This document shows positions 20,028-30,747 of a stretch of 64,000 bases of DNA, one piece after another. This stretch comes from Gammaproteobacteria bacterium (lineage in GTDB: Bacteria > Pseudomonadota > Gammaproteobacteria > Burkholderiales > JAHFRG01), in contig JBGQCF010000002.1 in NCBI GenBank assembly GCA_041495205.1, positions 86,745 to 150,744 of the forward strand, in the 5' to 3' direction. Made by a program: the position numbers and the translations under genes. The first letter of the stretch is position 1. Each line of letters begins with the position of its first letter. The notes under the pieces were generated by a model. It worked only from the letters and a program-made list of their open reading frames with translations, did no database searches and was not told the DNA's origin.

Positions 20028-21402
20028 ATGAAAGACAAAGACAATCAGGTGACTGGCGAAACGCCGCCGCAACGGAGCGTAACCCGCCGCCGCTTTATCA
20101 AGACCGCCGGTGCGGTCGGGCTGGCCGCGAGCGTCGGCCCGTTCATTAGCGTGCGGCCGGCGCGCGCCGCCAAAAAGACCTTAAAGATAGTGCAGTGGAA
20201 TCACTTCGTTCCCGGTTACGACAAGTGGTTCGACAACACCTACACCAAGGAGTGGGGCGCGAAAAACGACACCGAAGTGATCGTTGATCACGTCGGGATA
20301 CCGGCGCTCAGTCCCCGGGCCGCGGCTGAAGTAGGGGCGCAGAAAGGCCACGATTTGTTCATGTTTCTGTCCCCCCCCGCCCGCTTATGAAGAGCAGGTG
20401 ATAGACCATAAGGAAATTTATCAGGAATGCGAGCGCAAGCACGGCAAGCCGGTGCCGCTCGGCATTCGCAGCACCTACAATCCCAAGACCAAGAAGTATT
20501 TCGCCTTCTCCGACAGCTACGTGCCTGATCCCGTGAACTGGCGCAAGGACTTGTTCGACGCAGTCGGCGCCTCTGCGCCCAGCACCTGGGACGATGTGCG
20601 CGTCACCGGACGCAAGATCAAGGAGAAGTTCAACATTCCCGTCGGCATCGGTCTTTCGGCCGAGCTCGACACGGCGATGGCGATGCGCGCCGTGCTCTAT
20701 GCTTACGGCGGCTCGATTCAGGACGAGAGCGCAAATGTGGTGTTGAACTCGAAAAACACGCTGGAGGCGGTCAAGTTTGTCAAAGCCTTGTATCAGGAAA
20801 CCATGACGCCGGAAGTGCTGGCCTGGGATCCGTCATCGAATAACCGCGCCATGCTGGCCGGCAAAATTTCGGTCGCGCTCAACGCCATTTCGATTACGCG
20901 CGAAGGCGAGAACAAAAGCATACCGGGCACCGACGACATCTGGCTGGCTAAGGCGCTGCAAGGCCCGGTGCGCCGCATCGGCATGGAACACGTGATGGAC
21001 TGCTACGTCATCTGGAAATTCGCCGATAACATCGAGGGCGCGAAGAAATTTCTTATTGACTACATTGACAACTTCCGTGAGGGCTTCCTTGCCAGCGAGT
21101 TTTACAACTTCCCGTGCTTCTCCAGCACCGTACCCGACATCAACAAGCTGCTTACCAATGACACCAAGGCGAAGCCGAGCGATAAATACAAAGTGCTCGC
21201 CGACGTGCTCGATTGGGCGACCAACGTCGGCTACCCCGGCTATGCCAATGCGGCTGAGGACGAGATTTTCAACACTTGGGTGATCAACACCATGTTTGCC
21301 AAGGCGGCGACTGACACCGAGACGCCTGAAAACGCCATCAAGCAGGCGGAAGAGCAGTGCAAGCGCATCTTCGACAAGTGGCGCGAAAAAAAGCTGGTTT
21401 GA
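20028..21402 (+). pseudogene. Tat-exported sugar ABC substrate-binding protein split by an extra base in a C8 run
   Basis: GAGGAGG RBS; RRRFIK Tat motif; removing one C from 20371-20378 joins both ORFs (..FLSPPPAYEEQVIDH..). Confidence 0.85.
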
Positions 21403-21428
21403 TCCGCTCATTCCATCGCAACGCACGT

Positions 21429-21460
21429 ACGCATCCGCCGCGCCCAAGCAGCGGATGCGT
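21429..21460 (+). other. Intercistronic hairpin after the binding-protein gene
   Basis: ACGCATCCGC...GCGGATGCGT 10-bp inverted repeat. Confidence 0.55.
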
Positions 21461-21487
21461 TAATGTGTCGGATAAAAAATAAACAAC

Positions 21488-22513
21488 ATGGCCACAGTCG
21501 AAGCACGCTCCATTACCAAAACTTTTGACGGCAGCAACGCCGTAGACGGCATCAACCTGCTGGTGAAGGAAGGCGAATTCCTGGTTTTGCTCGGACCTTC
21601 CGGCTCAGGCAAAAGCACCTTGCTGCGCATGATTGCCGGCCTGGAAATTCCGACCGCCGGCGATATTCTCATCGGCGACAGGATTGTCACCCTGCTTCCG
21701 CCCAAGGCGCGCAACATTGCCATGGTGTTCCAGAGCTACGCGCTTTATCCCCATCTCTCGGTGTTCAAGAACATTGCGTTCCCGCTCGAAAACATGGGGC
21801 TGGCAAAAGAGGAGACCCGCAAAAAAGTTGAACAGGCGGCCTTGATGTTTGGCATCCAGCGTTTGTTGCAACGCAAGCCGCGTCAGCTCTCCGGCGGTGA
21901 GCGCCAGCGCGTGGCGCTGGCGCGCGCGGTGGTGCGCGAGCCGGTGGCGTTCCTGCTCGACGAACCGCTTTCCAATTTGGATGCGCAACTGCGGACTTCC
22001 GCGCGCGACGAGCTGCAGCAATTCCAGCGCCGCCTCGCCACCACCACCGTTTACGTCACCCACGACCAGATCGAAGCGATGGGGCTGGGCGACCGCATCG
22101 CGGTGCTCAATCACGGCAAGCTGCATCAGCTCGGCATGCCGCTTGAAGTTTACGACGACCCGGCTGATACCTTCGTCGCCACCTTCATCGGCTCGCCGCC
22201 AATGAACCTCATCGAGCAGGACCATACCATAACCGGCTTCCGTCCAGAGCATTTCCTGCCCAGAGAAGTGTATGGGGCAAACGGTGGCGCTACTGTATTT
22301 CCGTTCCGTGTGACGCGTGTTGAACATCTGGGTTCGGACAGGCTGGTGTATGGCGTTCTGGAATCACCATTACCTTCCGCGAAAGTAATTTCCCGGCTGC
22401 CGTCCACGGTGGCGCTTCCGATCGAGAAAGGCAGGCGTTACGAATTTGTGGTACGCGCCCACGATCTAAAGAATTTTGACCCCAAGAGCGGCCTGAAGAT
22501 ATCAGGCGGGTAG
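21488..22513 (+). CDS. Sugar ABC transporter ATP-binding protein (MalK-like)
   Basis: GPSGSGKS, FQSYALYPH, LSGGERQR, DEPLSNLD. Confidence 0.95.
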   Translation: MATVEARSITKTFDGSNAVDGINLLVKEGEFLVLLGPSGSGKSTLLRMIAGLEIPTAGDILIGDRIVTLLPPKARNIAMVFQSYALYPHLSVFKNIAFPLENMGLAKEETRKKVEQAALMFGIQRLLQRKPRQLSGGERQRVALARAVVREPVAFLLDEPLSNLDAQLRTSARDELQQFQRRLATTTVYVTHDQIEAMGLGDRIAVLNHGKLHQLGMPLEVYDDPADTFVATFIGSPPMNLIEQDHTITGFRPEHFLPREVYGANGGATVFPFRVTRVEHLGSDRLVYGVLESPLPSAKVISRLPSTVALPIEKGRRYEFVVRAHDLKNFDPKSGLKISGG

Positions 22514-22521
22514 AAGAAACT

Positions 22522-23433
22522 ATGAGCCAAAGCGCGGTTTTGCAAAGCGGCAAACTGGAACAGGACGCGTGGCTCGGGCGCTTGATGCTCGCTCCCGCAG
22601 TCATCTACATCGCCGCGCTGGTGGGTTTTCCGTTTCTGCTCGCCATTTTTTACAGCCTGAGCGACGCTACGGTGGGAAGTCAAACGCTGCATTTCGTGGG
22701 TTTCAGGAATTTCCAGCGTATCCTCGAAAACCGTACCTTTTGGACTTCGCTGCGCAATGCCCTGGTGTTCACCTTCGTCTCGCAACTGCTGGTGGTGATC
22801 CTCGGCAAGATACTGGCGATGGCCTTGTACAAGGATTTCCGCGGCAAATGGCTGGTGCGCTTTCTGATTCTGCTGCCGTGGGTCGCGCCGATTTCGCTCG
22901 GCAGCATCGGCTGGCTGTGGATTTTCGATCCCGTGTACAGCATTATCAATTGGACGGGGCAGGCGATCGGCCTTTTCGGCCCCACTACCTGGCCGATCTG
23001 GCTCGGCCAGCCGAATCTGGCGATGGCCTCGGTTATCATGGTGGACGTATGGCGCCTGCTGCCGCTGGCCACGATTATCATCCTCGCCGGCTTATGCTCG
23101 ATTCCGCAGGATATCCACGATGCGGCGGAGGTGGACGGCGCGGGTTTCTGGCGGCATCTCACTTACATCAACATCCCGCTGCTGATGCCGATCATGCTGG
23201 TCGCGCTCCTGTTCGGCGTCGTGTTTACCTTTACCGACATGATTGTGATTTTCGTGCTGACCCGCGGCGGGCCGTATGACACGACGCAAGTGATTGCCAG
23301 CCTCGCCTATTTCACCGGCATCCAGGGCGGCGACCTCGCCGAGGGCGCGGCGATTTCGCTGTTCCTGTTCCCGCTCCTGGTCGCGGCCGCCATATTTTTG
23401 CTGACGCTCGCCAAGCGCACCGAGGTTACCTAA
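22522..23433 (+). CDS. Carbohydrate ABC permease
   Basis: FVGFRNF, DAAEVDGA loop, TRGGP. Confidence 0.92.
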   Translation: MSQSAVLQSGKLEQDAWLGRLMLAPAVIYIAALVGFPFLLAIFYSLSDATVGSQTLHFVGFRNFQRILENRTFWTSLRNALVFTFVSQLLVVILGKILAMALYKDFRGKWLVRFLILLPWVAPISLGSIGWLWIFDPVYSIINWTGQAIGLFGPTTWPIWLGQPNLAMASVIMVDVWRLLPLATIIILAGLCSIPQDIHDAAEVDGAGFWRHLTYINIPLLMPIMLVALLFGVVFTFTDMIVIFVLTRGGPYDTTQVIASLAYFTGIQGGDLAEGAAISLFLFPLLVAAAIFLLTLAKRTEVT

Positions 23434-24275
23434 TGCAACAGCTCAAAAACATCGGCGCGCGGGTAGGCCATTTCGGAATCATCGCCGCGTTTACCGCGTT
23501 CACCGCGTTTCCGTTTTACTGGATGTTGATCACCACCTTCAAGCAAACCAATGATCTCATCAACGTCAAGAACAATCCCTTTTTCTACAACAGTCCGCCC
23601 ACCCTGGAGCATTTGCGGGTGCTGTTCGTGGATACCCAATACGGCCTGTGGATTTTCAATACGCTGGTGGTGGGTGTGGCGGTTGTCATTATCACTTTGC
23701 TGCTTGCGGTTCCCGCGGGCTACAGCCTGGCAAGGCTCTCGGGCCGCTGGGGCCAGCAACTCGCAATCGGCATTTTTCTGACTTACCTGGTTCCGCCCAC
23801 GATATTGTTCATTCCGTTTTCGCGGATTGTCGCCGGTTTAGGCTTGCAGGATTCGCTGTGGTCGCTGGTGTTGGTCTATCCCAGCTTCACCGTGCCGTTT
23901 TGCACCTGGCTGATGATGGGTTTCTTTAAGACCGTGCCCAAGGACATCGAGGAGGCGGCGATGATAGACGGTCTCAGCCGTTTCGGCGCTTTTCTCAAGG
24001 TGGTGGTGCCGATTTCCTCGGCGGGAATTCTCACCGTCGTCATTTTCACGCTGACTCTGGTGATGCAGGAATTCGTGTACGCGCTTACCTTCATCACGTC
24101 ATCCTCGCAGCTCACGGTCAGCATCGGCGTGCCGACCTTCCTGGTGCGCGGCGACGTGTATTTCTGGGGCTCGCTCATGGGCGCATGCCTGATTGTGAGC
24201 ATCCCCATCGCCATACTGTATAATTTCTTCGTCGACCGCTTTGTGGCGGGTTTTACCGTGGGAGCCGTAAAATAG
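23433..24275 (+). CDS. Carbohydrate ABC permease
   Basis: AGYSLAR, EEAAMIDG loop, WG.LM. Confidence 0.92.
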   Translation: MQQLKNIGARVGHFGIIAAFTAFTAFPFYWMLITTFKQTNDLINVKNNPFFYNSPPTLEHLRVLFVDTQYGLWIFNTLVVGVAVVIITLLLAVPAGYSLARLSGRWGQQLAIGIFLTYLVPPTILFIPFSRIVAGLGLQDSLWSLVLVYPSFTVPFCTWLMMGFFKTVPKDIEEAAMIDGLSRFGAFLKVVVPISSAGILTVVIFTLTLVMQEFVYALTFITSSSQLTVSIGVPTFLVRGDVYFWGSLMGACLIVSIPIAILYNFFVDRFVAGFTVGAVK

Positions 24276-25270
24276 TGGCAAGCGCAAAACGTTTCGCCTT
24301 CCTGATTTGCCTGGCGCTGCTTTTCCCGGGCAGCAGCCGTGCTGTGCCGCTGAATCCGGAAATCGAAACCTTCATTCGCGAAATGGCGGAAAAACATCAT
24401 TTCAATCCGGGCGAACTGCGCCTGATCTTCAGCGAGGTAAAACCGCAGCCGGAGGTGTTGAGGGCCATTTCCGCGCCCGCCACCGCGGTGCCATGGAATG
24501 AGTACCGCGCATTATTCATTAATCCGACGCGCATCGCCGACGGCGTCAAATTCTGGGACGACAACGCCGAGGCACTTTCGCGAGCGCGTCAGCAATACGG
24601 CATACCCGAAGAAATTATCGTTGCAACTATCGGCGTAGAGACGCGTTACGGCAGGAACACCGGCTCGTACCGCGTGCTGGATACGCTTACCACGCTGGCG
24701 TTCGATTACACGCAGCGCGCCGCTTTCTTCAAGCGGGAGCTTGAACAATTCCTGCTGCTGGCGCGCGAAGCGCGAATTGACCCATTAAGCATCAAAGGTT
24801 CTTATGCGGGGGCGATGGGAATGCCGCAATTCATTCCCAGCGTCTACCGGCGTTACGCGGTGGATTTTGATGGCGACGGCAAATCCAATCTATGGAAAAG
24901 CCCCGCCGACGCCATCGGCAGCATCGCCAATTACTACAAGGTTTACGGCTGGAAGCCCGATGAGCCGGTCGCGGTGGGCGTGAAGGTGAGCGGCGATGAA
25001 TTCATGCCCTTGCTGTCGCAAGACGTCAAGCCACACACGCAAGTGGCCGAATTGCAAAAAATCGGTGTCATTCCCGAGCAGGAACTTCCCGGGGAAAATC
25101 TTGCTAGCTTGTTTGCCTTAGGGGAGGGTGATGAAGCGCAGTACTGGCTTGCGCTCAGCAATTTTTACGTGATTACCCGCTACAATCGCAGCGTGTACTA
25201 CGCCATGTCGGTGTATGAATTGAGCCGCGAGATCCGCGAGACGCGAGAGACTCGAACCGCAGCGAAATAG
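24275..25270 (+). CDS. mltB: Lytic murein transglycosylase B
   Basis: IGVETRYG, GSYAGAMGMPQFIPS, DFDGDG, ITRYNRS. Confidence 0.93.
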   Translation: MASAKRFAFLICLALLFPGSSRAVPLNPEIETFIREMAEKHHFNPGELRLIFSEVKPQPEVLRAISAPATAVPWNEYRALFINPTRIADGVKFWDDNAEALSRARQQYGIPEEIIVATIGVETRYGRNTGSYRVLDTLTTLAFDYTQRAAFFKRELEQFLLLAREARIDPLSIKGSYAGAMGMPQFIPSVYRRYAVDFDGDGKSNLWKSPADAIGSIANYYKVYGWKPDEPVAVGVKVSGDEFMPLLSQDVKPHTQVAELQKIGVIPEQELPGENLASLFALGEGDEAQYWLALSNFYVITRYNRSVYYAMSVYELSREIRETRETRTAAK

Positions 25271-26080
25271 TCAATCTGAATGCTTGCGGGCGAGCAGGTG
25301 TATCAGCGGCTCGTAAGCGGTGTCGCGGGAGAAGCGCAGGCAGGCGATGACGGTGGCGAGCAGGGTGAATCCCAGCAGCACTGCGATATCAACCGGCACG
25401 CTGAAGTCCGCGTTGAACGAGGTTGCGCTGATTCCCAATACCGCGTGCTTGAGCAAATCCACGCCGTAGGTGTAAGGATTAACAGTCGCGACAAAACGCA
25501 GCACGCTCGGCAAGTGCTGCACCGGGTAGAGTGAGCCGGAGAGAAAGAACACCGGGAAAATCACCAGGTTCATCATCACTGCGAAATTATCGAGTGTGCG
25601 GGTCCAGGCGGCAATTAGCATGCCCATGCTGGCGCAGGCGAGAGAAGTGGCGAAGATGCCCGCAATCAGCAACGGCAGGACCACGCCGTTTTTCAGATAG
25701 CCGAGCACCGAAAGCAGCACCAGTACCAGAAGCGCCTGGATCGCTGCGGCAAGCGCAGCGCTTAAAGTCTTGGCAATCACAATCCAGTAATGTTCGAACG
25801 GCGCAATCACCAGCATGCGCATCACTCCCGATTCCTTGTCGTACACCGTGGAGAGCGCGGCAAGCATGGCGCCGAACAGCATGGACATGCCGAGCACCCC
25901 CGGCACCAAAAAGTACTGGTAGCTCAAATTGCCGGAGCGGCCGAGCATGGCATCAAAACCCGCGCCAATCACCAGCAGCCAAATCATCGGCCGCACCATC
26001 GCCGAGAGCAGTCGCGAGCGCTGCCGGAAGAGCTTCAGCACTTCGCGTTCAATCACGGCGTATACCGGGCGCAAGATCAT
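25271..26080 (-). CDS. ABC-2 exporter permease (PQQ-catabolism associated)
   Basis: Y..FLVPG, VYDKESG.MR, FFLSGSLYP, NPYTYGV. Confidence 0.85.
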   Translation of the reverse strand: MILRPVYAVIEREVLKLFRQRSRLLSAMVRPMIWLLVIGAGFDAMLGRSGNLSYQYFLVPGVLGMSMLFGAMLAALSTVYDKESGVMRMLVIAPFEHYWIVIAKTLSAALAAAIQALLVLVLLSVLGYLKNGVVLPLLIAGIFATSLACASMGMLIAAWTRTLDNFAVMMNLVIFPVFFLSGSLYPVQHLPSVLRFVATVNPYTYGVDLLKHAVLGISATSFNADFSVPVDIAVLLGFTLLATVIACLRFSRDTAYEPLIHLLARKHSD

Positions 26081-26123
26081 ATAAATAGCCTCACGGACTC
26101 AGGATACTGACAAGATAGAACCA

Positions 26124-26275
26124 CTCCCTCTCCCTTGACGGGAGAGGGCGGGGGTGAGGGTGACGCATCGGTTGTGTTCTTTACTAACATTGATCGAAAT
26201 TCGTAATTATCCCCCTCATTCCTTCGACAAGCTCAGGACTGGCTCTGTCGTTCTCCCGCCAGGGGAGATGGAACC
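26124..26275. repeat. Inverted pair of REP-like palindromes with a nested CTTCGACAAGCTCAGG unit
   Basis: CCCTCTCCC-N-GGGAGAGGG-N-GGGGTGAGGG at 26124-26160; degenerate inverse copy at ~26211-26275. Confidence 0.7.
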
Positions 26276-26277
26276 TG

Positions 26278-27240
26278 CTAAGAGGCATCACTTTTCCTAG
26301 CTTGCCAGAGCTCGGTTTCGTTGACCCATAAGAACACGTCGTTCAGATTTGGGCGGCGCCAGCGCATTCCGGTCACTTGGTCGCCCAGTTCGGCTTGCAG
26401 CATCACCAGCGCGGAGATGTCCTTGCCGGTGAAACGGAAGCAGGCCTTGTCGCCATCCATGAAACAGGGCCCAAGCCGAGGAGACAAACTTGCAATCAGT
26501 GCGCTTAAGTTTTCGCCCTCGATTTCGATGATGTATGCCCCCAGGCTGTCAATCAACTCAAGCGGCGGCCCGATTTTGACGATGCGTCCCTGTTTGATGA
26601 ACGCCACCTTGTCGCAGTCCACTGCTTCTTCCAGGTAGTGGGTGGTAAGAAACACCGTCACGTTGAGTTCCGTGCGCAGGCATTCGATGAAGCGCCAGAT
26701 GTTGCGGCGGTTGGGGACGTCCAGTCCGATGGTGGGCTCGTCCAGGAACAGGATCTGCGGGCGGTGGATCACGCCGCGCGCGATATCAAGAGCGCGGCGC
26801 TGGCCTCCGGAAAGCTCACCCACCGGCTGATCGCGTTTTTCCTCCAGGCCGAAGAGCGCAAGCAGCTCGTTGGAGCGCTCGTTGATTTGAGCGACAGAAA
26901 GGTTGTACAGCAGTCCGGCGAAACGCAGGTTTTCCGCAACTGACAAGGTGCGGTCCAGGGCGGATTCCTGGAACACCACGCCGATTGCGGCGCGCACCTG
27001 GAGGCCCTCGCGCCTGACATCATGCCCAGCCACCTGCGCGGTTCCCTGGCTGGGGCGGATCAGCGTGGAGAGCATGTGAATGGTGCTGGTTTTGCCTGAG
27101 CCGTTAGGGCCCAGCAGGCCGAAGAACTGGCCGGTGGGGATATCGAGGTTCAATCCATCCACGGCCAGCGTGTTGCCGTAACGCTTGGTCAGCCCCTCCG
27201 TCTGGATAGCGAGCGATGCGACAACGATGTCACGCCTCAT
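26278..27240 (-). CDS. ABC exporter ATP-binding protein
   Basis: GPNGSGKT, LSGGQRR, DEPTIGLD; ATGA overlap with the pqqE stop. Confidence 0.92.
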   Translation of the reverse strand: MRRDIVVASLAIQTEGLTKRYGNTLAVDGLNLDIPTGQFFGLLGPNGSGKTSTIHMLSTLIRPSQGTAQVAGHDVRREGLQVRAAIGVVFQESALDRTLSVAENLRFAGLLYNLSVAQINERSNELLALFGLEEKRDQPVGELSGGQRRALDIARGVIHRPQILFLDEPTIGLDVPNRRNIWRFIECLRTELNVTVFLTTHYLEEAVDCDKVAFIKQGRIVKIGPPLELIDSLGAYIIEIEGENLSALIASLSPRLGPCFMDGDKACFRFTGKDISALVMLQAELGDQVTGMRWRRPNLNDVFLWVNETELWQARKSDAS

Positions 27241-28406
27241 GGCCGCACAGCGGCGCTCTCGCTCAAGGCGCGCGAGTTTTTGTCGTCGCGGAACAGGATG
27301 GGACGCGTAGTGGCCGGTTTGATCCGGGCCTGCTGTGCTTTGGCGATGGCCTCGATGATGACATGGTGTTGAGGCGAGAGATCGCACACCGGGTCGGCGT
27401 TACGCGCGTCCCCCGTGAGCAGGTAAGCCTGGCAGCGGCAGCCGCCGAAGTCCTTGGTTTTTTCCGGACAGCTGCGGCACGGCTCTTTCATCCATTCATC
27501 GCCGCGGTAGGTATTGAATGCCGGCGAGTCATACCAGATCCATTTCATGTTTGCTTCGCGCGCATTGGGGAAGGTAAGTCCAGGCAGCATGCGCGCTTCA
27601 TGGCACGGCAGCACCGTGCCGTCGGCGGTAACGGTGATGAACACCGAGCCCCAGCCATTCATGCAAGCCTTGGGCCGGGTTTCGTAATAGTCGGGCACCA
27701 CGAAGTAAATCTTCATCTTGTCGCCGACCCGCTCGCGGAATTTGTTGGTGACCTCCTCGGCGCGCTGCAGCTGCTCGCGCGAGGGCAGAAGATGGTCGCG
27801 ATTAAGCAGGGCCCAGCCGTAATACTGGGTATTGGCGAGTTCAACATACTCGGCCTCCATGGATTCGGCCATTTCCAGGATCTGCTGGACGTGATCGATG
27901 TTAAGCCGGTGCAGCACGACATTGAGCACCATCGGATATTCGTACTGCTTGATGAGCTTCGCCATCTTCGACTTGAGTTCGAAGGTGCGGGTGCTCGACA
28001 GGAAGTCGTTGAGCTCGCGGGTGGAGTCCTGGAACGAAAGCTGGATATGGTCGAGGCCGCCTTCCTTGAAAGCCGCAATGCGTTTTTCGTTCAGCCCGAC
28101 ACCGGAGGTAATCAGATTGGAGTAATAGCCCAGTTTGTGCGCTTCCGCGACCATGATTTCGAGGTCGTCCCGCACCAGCGGCTCGCCGCCGGAGAAACCG
28201 AGCTGGGTGGCGCCCAGTTCGCGGCCTTCACGCAGCACGCGCAGCCATTCATCAGTGGACAATTCCTGCCCATAGCGTGTGTAGTCCACCGGGTTATAGC
28301 AGAACACACAATGCAGAGGGCACTTGTAAGTGATTTCGGCGAGCAGCCACAGGGGGTTGCCGACGGGTTTAGCTTGCTTGCTTGGGGCGGATCCAGCCGC
28401 GTTCAT
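27237..28406 (-). CDS. pqqE: PqqA peptide cyclase, radical SAM/SPASM
   Basis: PLWLLAEITYKCPLHCVFCYNP, KACMNGWG, DFGGCRCQA. Confidence 0.96.
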   Translation of the reverse strand: MNAAGSAPSKQAKPVGNPLWLLAEITYKCPLHCVFCYNPVDYTRYGQELSTDEWLRVLREGRELGATQLGFSGGEPLVRDDLEIMVAEAHKLGYYSNLITSGVGLNEKRIAAFKEGGLDHIQLSFQDSTRELNDFLSSTRTFELKSKMAKLIKQYEYPMVLNVVLHRLNIDHVQQILEMAESMEAEYVELANTQYYGWALLNRDHLLPSREQLQRAEEVTNKFRERVGDKMKIYFVVPDYYETRPKACMNGWGSVFITVTADGTVLPCHEARMLPGLTFPNAREANMKWIWYDSPAFNTYRGDEWMKEPCRSCPEKTKDFGGCRCQAYLLTGDARNADPVCDLSPQHHVIIEAIAKAQQARIKPATTRPILFRDDKNSRALSESAAVRP

Positions 28407-28665
28407 AAGCTACCTCTAAAAAATTCAATGCATCCTGCCGCAGGTTGGCGCCGGGAAACGCCTGCTCCAGGTTTTTGACAACGTCAGCGATGGGGAGTTT
28501 GCCGTCGATGCGTTTCAGTATCTCGCCCGCGCTCTGCGAGAGCTTGACCATGCCCTCCGGGTAAAGCAGCACGTAGGCCTGCTGCACCTGCTCCCATTGC
28601 AGGCGGAATTGCCGCTGCAGTTGCACCACGTCCTGGAGAGTCAGCTTCGTGCGCTCGGCCATCAT
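28369..28665 (-). CDS. pqqD: PqqA chaperone
   Basis: [19 protein letters not shown]; lies between pqqC and pqqE. Confidence 0.95.
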   Translation of the reverse strand: MMAERTKLTLQDVVQLQRQFRLQWEQVQQAYVLLYPEGMVKLSQSAGEILKRIDGKLPIADVVKNLEQAFPGANLRQDALNFLEVAYERGWIRPKQAS

Positions 28666-29375
28666 TTGATTTCCGTCTTGCAATAGGTGATTTGCATCGC
28701 GTCCAGCATGGACCACAGCACGTCCAGCTTGAATTGCAGGATTTCCAGGGCGCGTTCCTGCTGTTGGCGGGTCTTGAAGTATTCCAGGGTGAAAGCCAGG
28801 CCATGCGCCACATCGCGGCGCGCCTGCGTCAGCCGGTTGCGGAAATACTGGTAGCCTTCCTGGTCGATCCAGGGGTAATGCTGCGGCCAGTTATCGAGCC
28901 GGTTCTTGTGGATTTCCGGGGCGAACAGTTCAGTGAGCGAGGAGCAAATCGCCTCCTGCCACGGGCGGGTGCGCGCAAAGTTGACATACGCGTCTACAGC
29001 GAAGCGCACGCCCGGCAAAACGTGTTTTAGCGAAGTGATTTCTTCGCGCTTCAATCCCACCGCTTCGCCGAGCCGGATCCACGCCTCGATGCCGCCTTCA
29101 TCGCCCTTGGTGCCGTCGTGGTCGATGATGCGCTGAATCCATTCGCGGCGCACGTCGCGGTCGGGGCAGTTCGAGAGAATCGCCGCGTCTTTGATCGGGA
29201 TGCTGATCTGGTAATAGAAGCGGTTGTACACCCAGCCCTGGATTTGCTCGCGATTCAACTTGCCGGTGTTCATCGCCACCTGGAACGGGTGGTGTATATG
29301 GTAACGATCGCCTTTGGCGCGCAATTGCCTCTCGAATTCCTCTTTACTCCACGGTAATTTTTCCGTTGCGCCCAT
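28662..29375 (-). CDS. pqqC: PQQ synthase
   Basis: [36 protein letters not shown]. Confidence 0.96.
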   Translation of the reverse strand: MGATEKLPWSKEEFERQLRAKGDRYHIHHPFQVAMNTGKLNREQIQGWVYNRFYYQISIPIKDAAILSNCPDRDVRREWIQRIIDHDGTKGDEGGIEAWIRLGEAVGLKREEITSLKHVLPGVRFAVDAYVNFARTRPWQEAICSSLTELFAPEIHKNRLDNWPQHYPWIDQEGYQYFRNRLTQARRDVAHGLAFTLEYFKTRQQQERALEILQFKLDVLWSMLDAMQITYCKTEIK

Positions 29376-29388
29376 CTTAAATCTCCTG

Positions 29389-29474
29389 GTAAGGAGTAAG
29401 GGGTAAGGGGTGAGGCGTGAAAACCTGCTGTACGATTCGTATTAATTCCTTACTCCTCACTCTTCACTCCTCAC
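29389..29474. repeat. Two inverted arrays of heptamer tandem repeats
   Basis: GTAAGGA GTAAGGG GTAAGGG GTGAGGC facing TCCTTAC TCCTCAC TCTTCAC TCCTCAC. Confidence 0.8.
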
Positions 29475-30385
29475 AGAATTATTTCCATCCCATCATACGC
29501 CACTTCAATGCCATTGGCGGTGAGTTCGGCGCGTTCGCGCGACTCTTCGTTGAGGATGGGATTGGTGTTGTTGATGTGGATCAAAATCTTGCGTGGTTTG
29601 GTGAGGGGCTTCAGCACGCTGATCATGCCGCCTTCGCCGCTTTGCGGCAAATGCCCCATGTCGCGCGCGCTCTGCTTGAAGATGCCGAACCGGATCAGTT
29701 CGTCATCGGTCCAGCAGGTGCCGTCCACCAGAAGGCAGTCGGCATTTTTCAAAAAGGGTTCGAGATGCGGTTCGAGTTTACCGAGGCCCGGAGCGTAAAA
29801 CAGCGTTTTGCCGCTGCGCGTGTCTTCGATGCGCACGCCGATATTGTCACCCTCGTGCGGATTATTGCGGTGCGGGGAATAGGGGGGCGCCTTGCTTTTG
29901 AGCGGCACCGCGGTAAAGAGCAAGTGCTGCGCGCCGATCACGTTGAAGCTGTTGCCGTTGTGAGTGGGCAGTTTGTGCCAATTGACTGTGCAATAGTGCC
30001 CGAGAACATTGAATAATGGATTCCCTGTGGTGAGATCTTCATGCGCCATCTCGGTGCAGTAGATTTCCAGGGGTTTCCCTTCGCGCAGCATCAACAAGCC
30101 GGTGGTATGGTCAATCTGGCTGTCGATCAAAATAATCGCCTTGATCGCGGTGTCGCGGATGGCGCGCGCCGGCTGCAAGGCGGGAAAAGCTTTAATTTGA
30201 GCGAGAACGTCCGGCGAAGCGTTGAACAGTATCCAGTCCAGGTTGTTTTCGCTGATCGCGATGGAGGACTGGGTGCGCGGCCTGGCTTTGATCTTGCCCT
30301 TGCGCACGCCGTCGCAATTAGGGCAGTTGCAGTTCCATTGTGGAAACCCGCCGCCGGCAGCGGCGCCAAGCACGCGAATTTTCAT
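29471..30385 (-). CDS. pqqB: PQQ biosynthesis protein B
   Basis: [35 protein letters not shown]. Confidence 0.96.
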   Translation of the reverse strand: MKIRVLGAAAGGGFPQWNCNCPNCDGVRKGKIKARPRTQSSIAISENNLDWILFNASPDVLAQIKAFPALQPARAIRDTAIKAIILIDSQIDHTTGLLMLREGKPLEIYCTEMAHEDLTTGNPLFNVLGHYCTVNWHKLPTHNGNSFNVIGAQHLLFTAVPLKSKAPPYSPHRNNPHEGDNIGVRIEDTRSGKTLFYAPGLGKLEPHLEPFLKNADCLLVDGTCWTDDELIRFGIFKQSARDMGHLPQSGEGGMISVLKPLTKPRKILIHINNTNPILNEESRERAELTANGIEVAYDGMEIIL

Positions 30386-30479
30386 GTTTTATGGCGAGGT
30401 TGATAGGAAAGGATTTTAATCGCAGGATATTCGATTTGAACTCACATATTGTAAATTCTAGCAGGTGAAAGTCAAACGG

Positions 30480-30512
30480 GGAAACCGGAAGCCCGTTTCC
30501 GGAGCCTCCGGG
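30480..30512 (-). terminator. Hairpin between pqqA and pqqB
   Basis: Minus strand CCGGAGGCTC-loop-GGGCTTCCGG followed by TTT. Confidence 0.55.
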
Positions 30513-30523
30513 ACGGACTTGAA

Positions 30524-30598
30524 TTACCGATTGGCAATATACATCGTGACTTCGAAGCCAAAACGCAAATCGCTAAACTCAGGTTTGCTCCACTGCAT
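30524..30598 (-). CDS. pqqA: PQQ precursor peptide, copy 1 (absent from ORF track)
   Basis: MQWSKPEFSDLRFGFEVTMYIANR with ExxxY; AGGAGA RBS. Confidence 0.97.
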   Translation of the reverse strand: MQWSKPEFSDLRFGFEVTMYIANR

Positions 30599-30747
30599 GT
30601 CAATCTCCTAAAGTTTTTTGGACTCAGGCCAGGACGGCATCGCCTGGCGAAATCTTAAGCCTTGGCGTAAATGCTTCCAGCCCGAGATTCCGCGTTTATT
30701 GTGGTCTACCGCCGTTTGTTTCGCATCGGAAAAATCACCAATCGCGG

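Noticed and set aside
27216-28478. 420-aa plus-strand ORF and many similar long ORFs (e.g. 48530-49558, 55014-56186, 59724-60575, 62128-63153)
   Set aside because: Antisense or off-frame shadows of well-supported genes in GC-rich DNA, with no motifs
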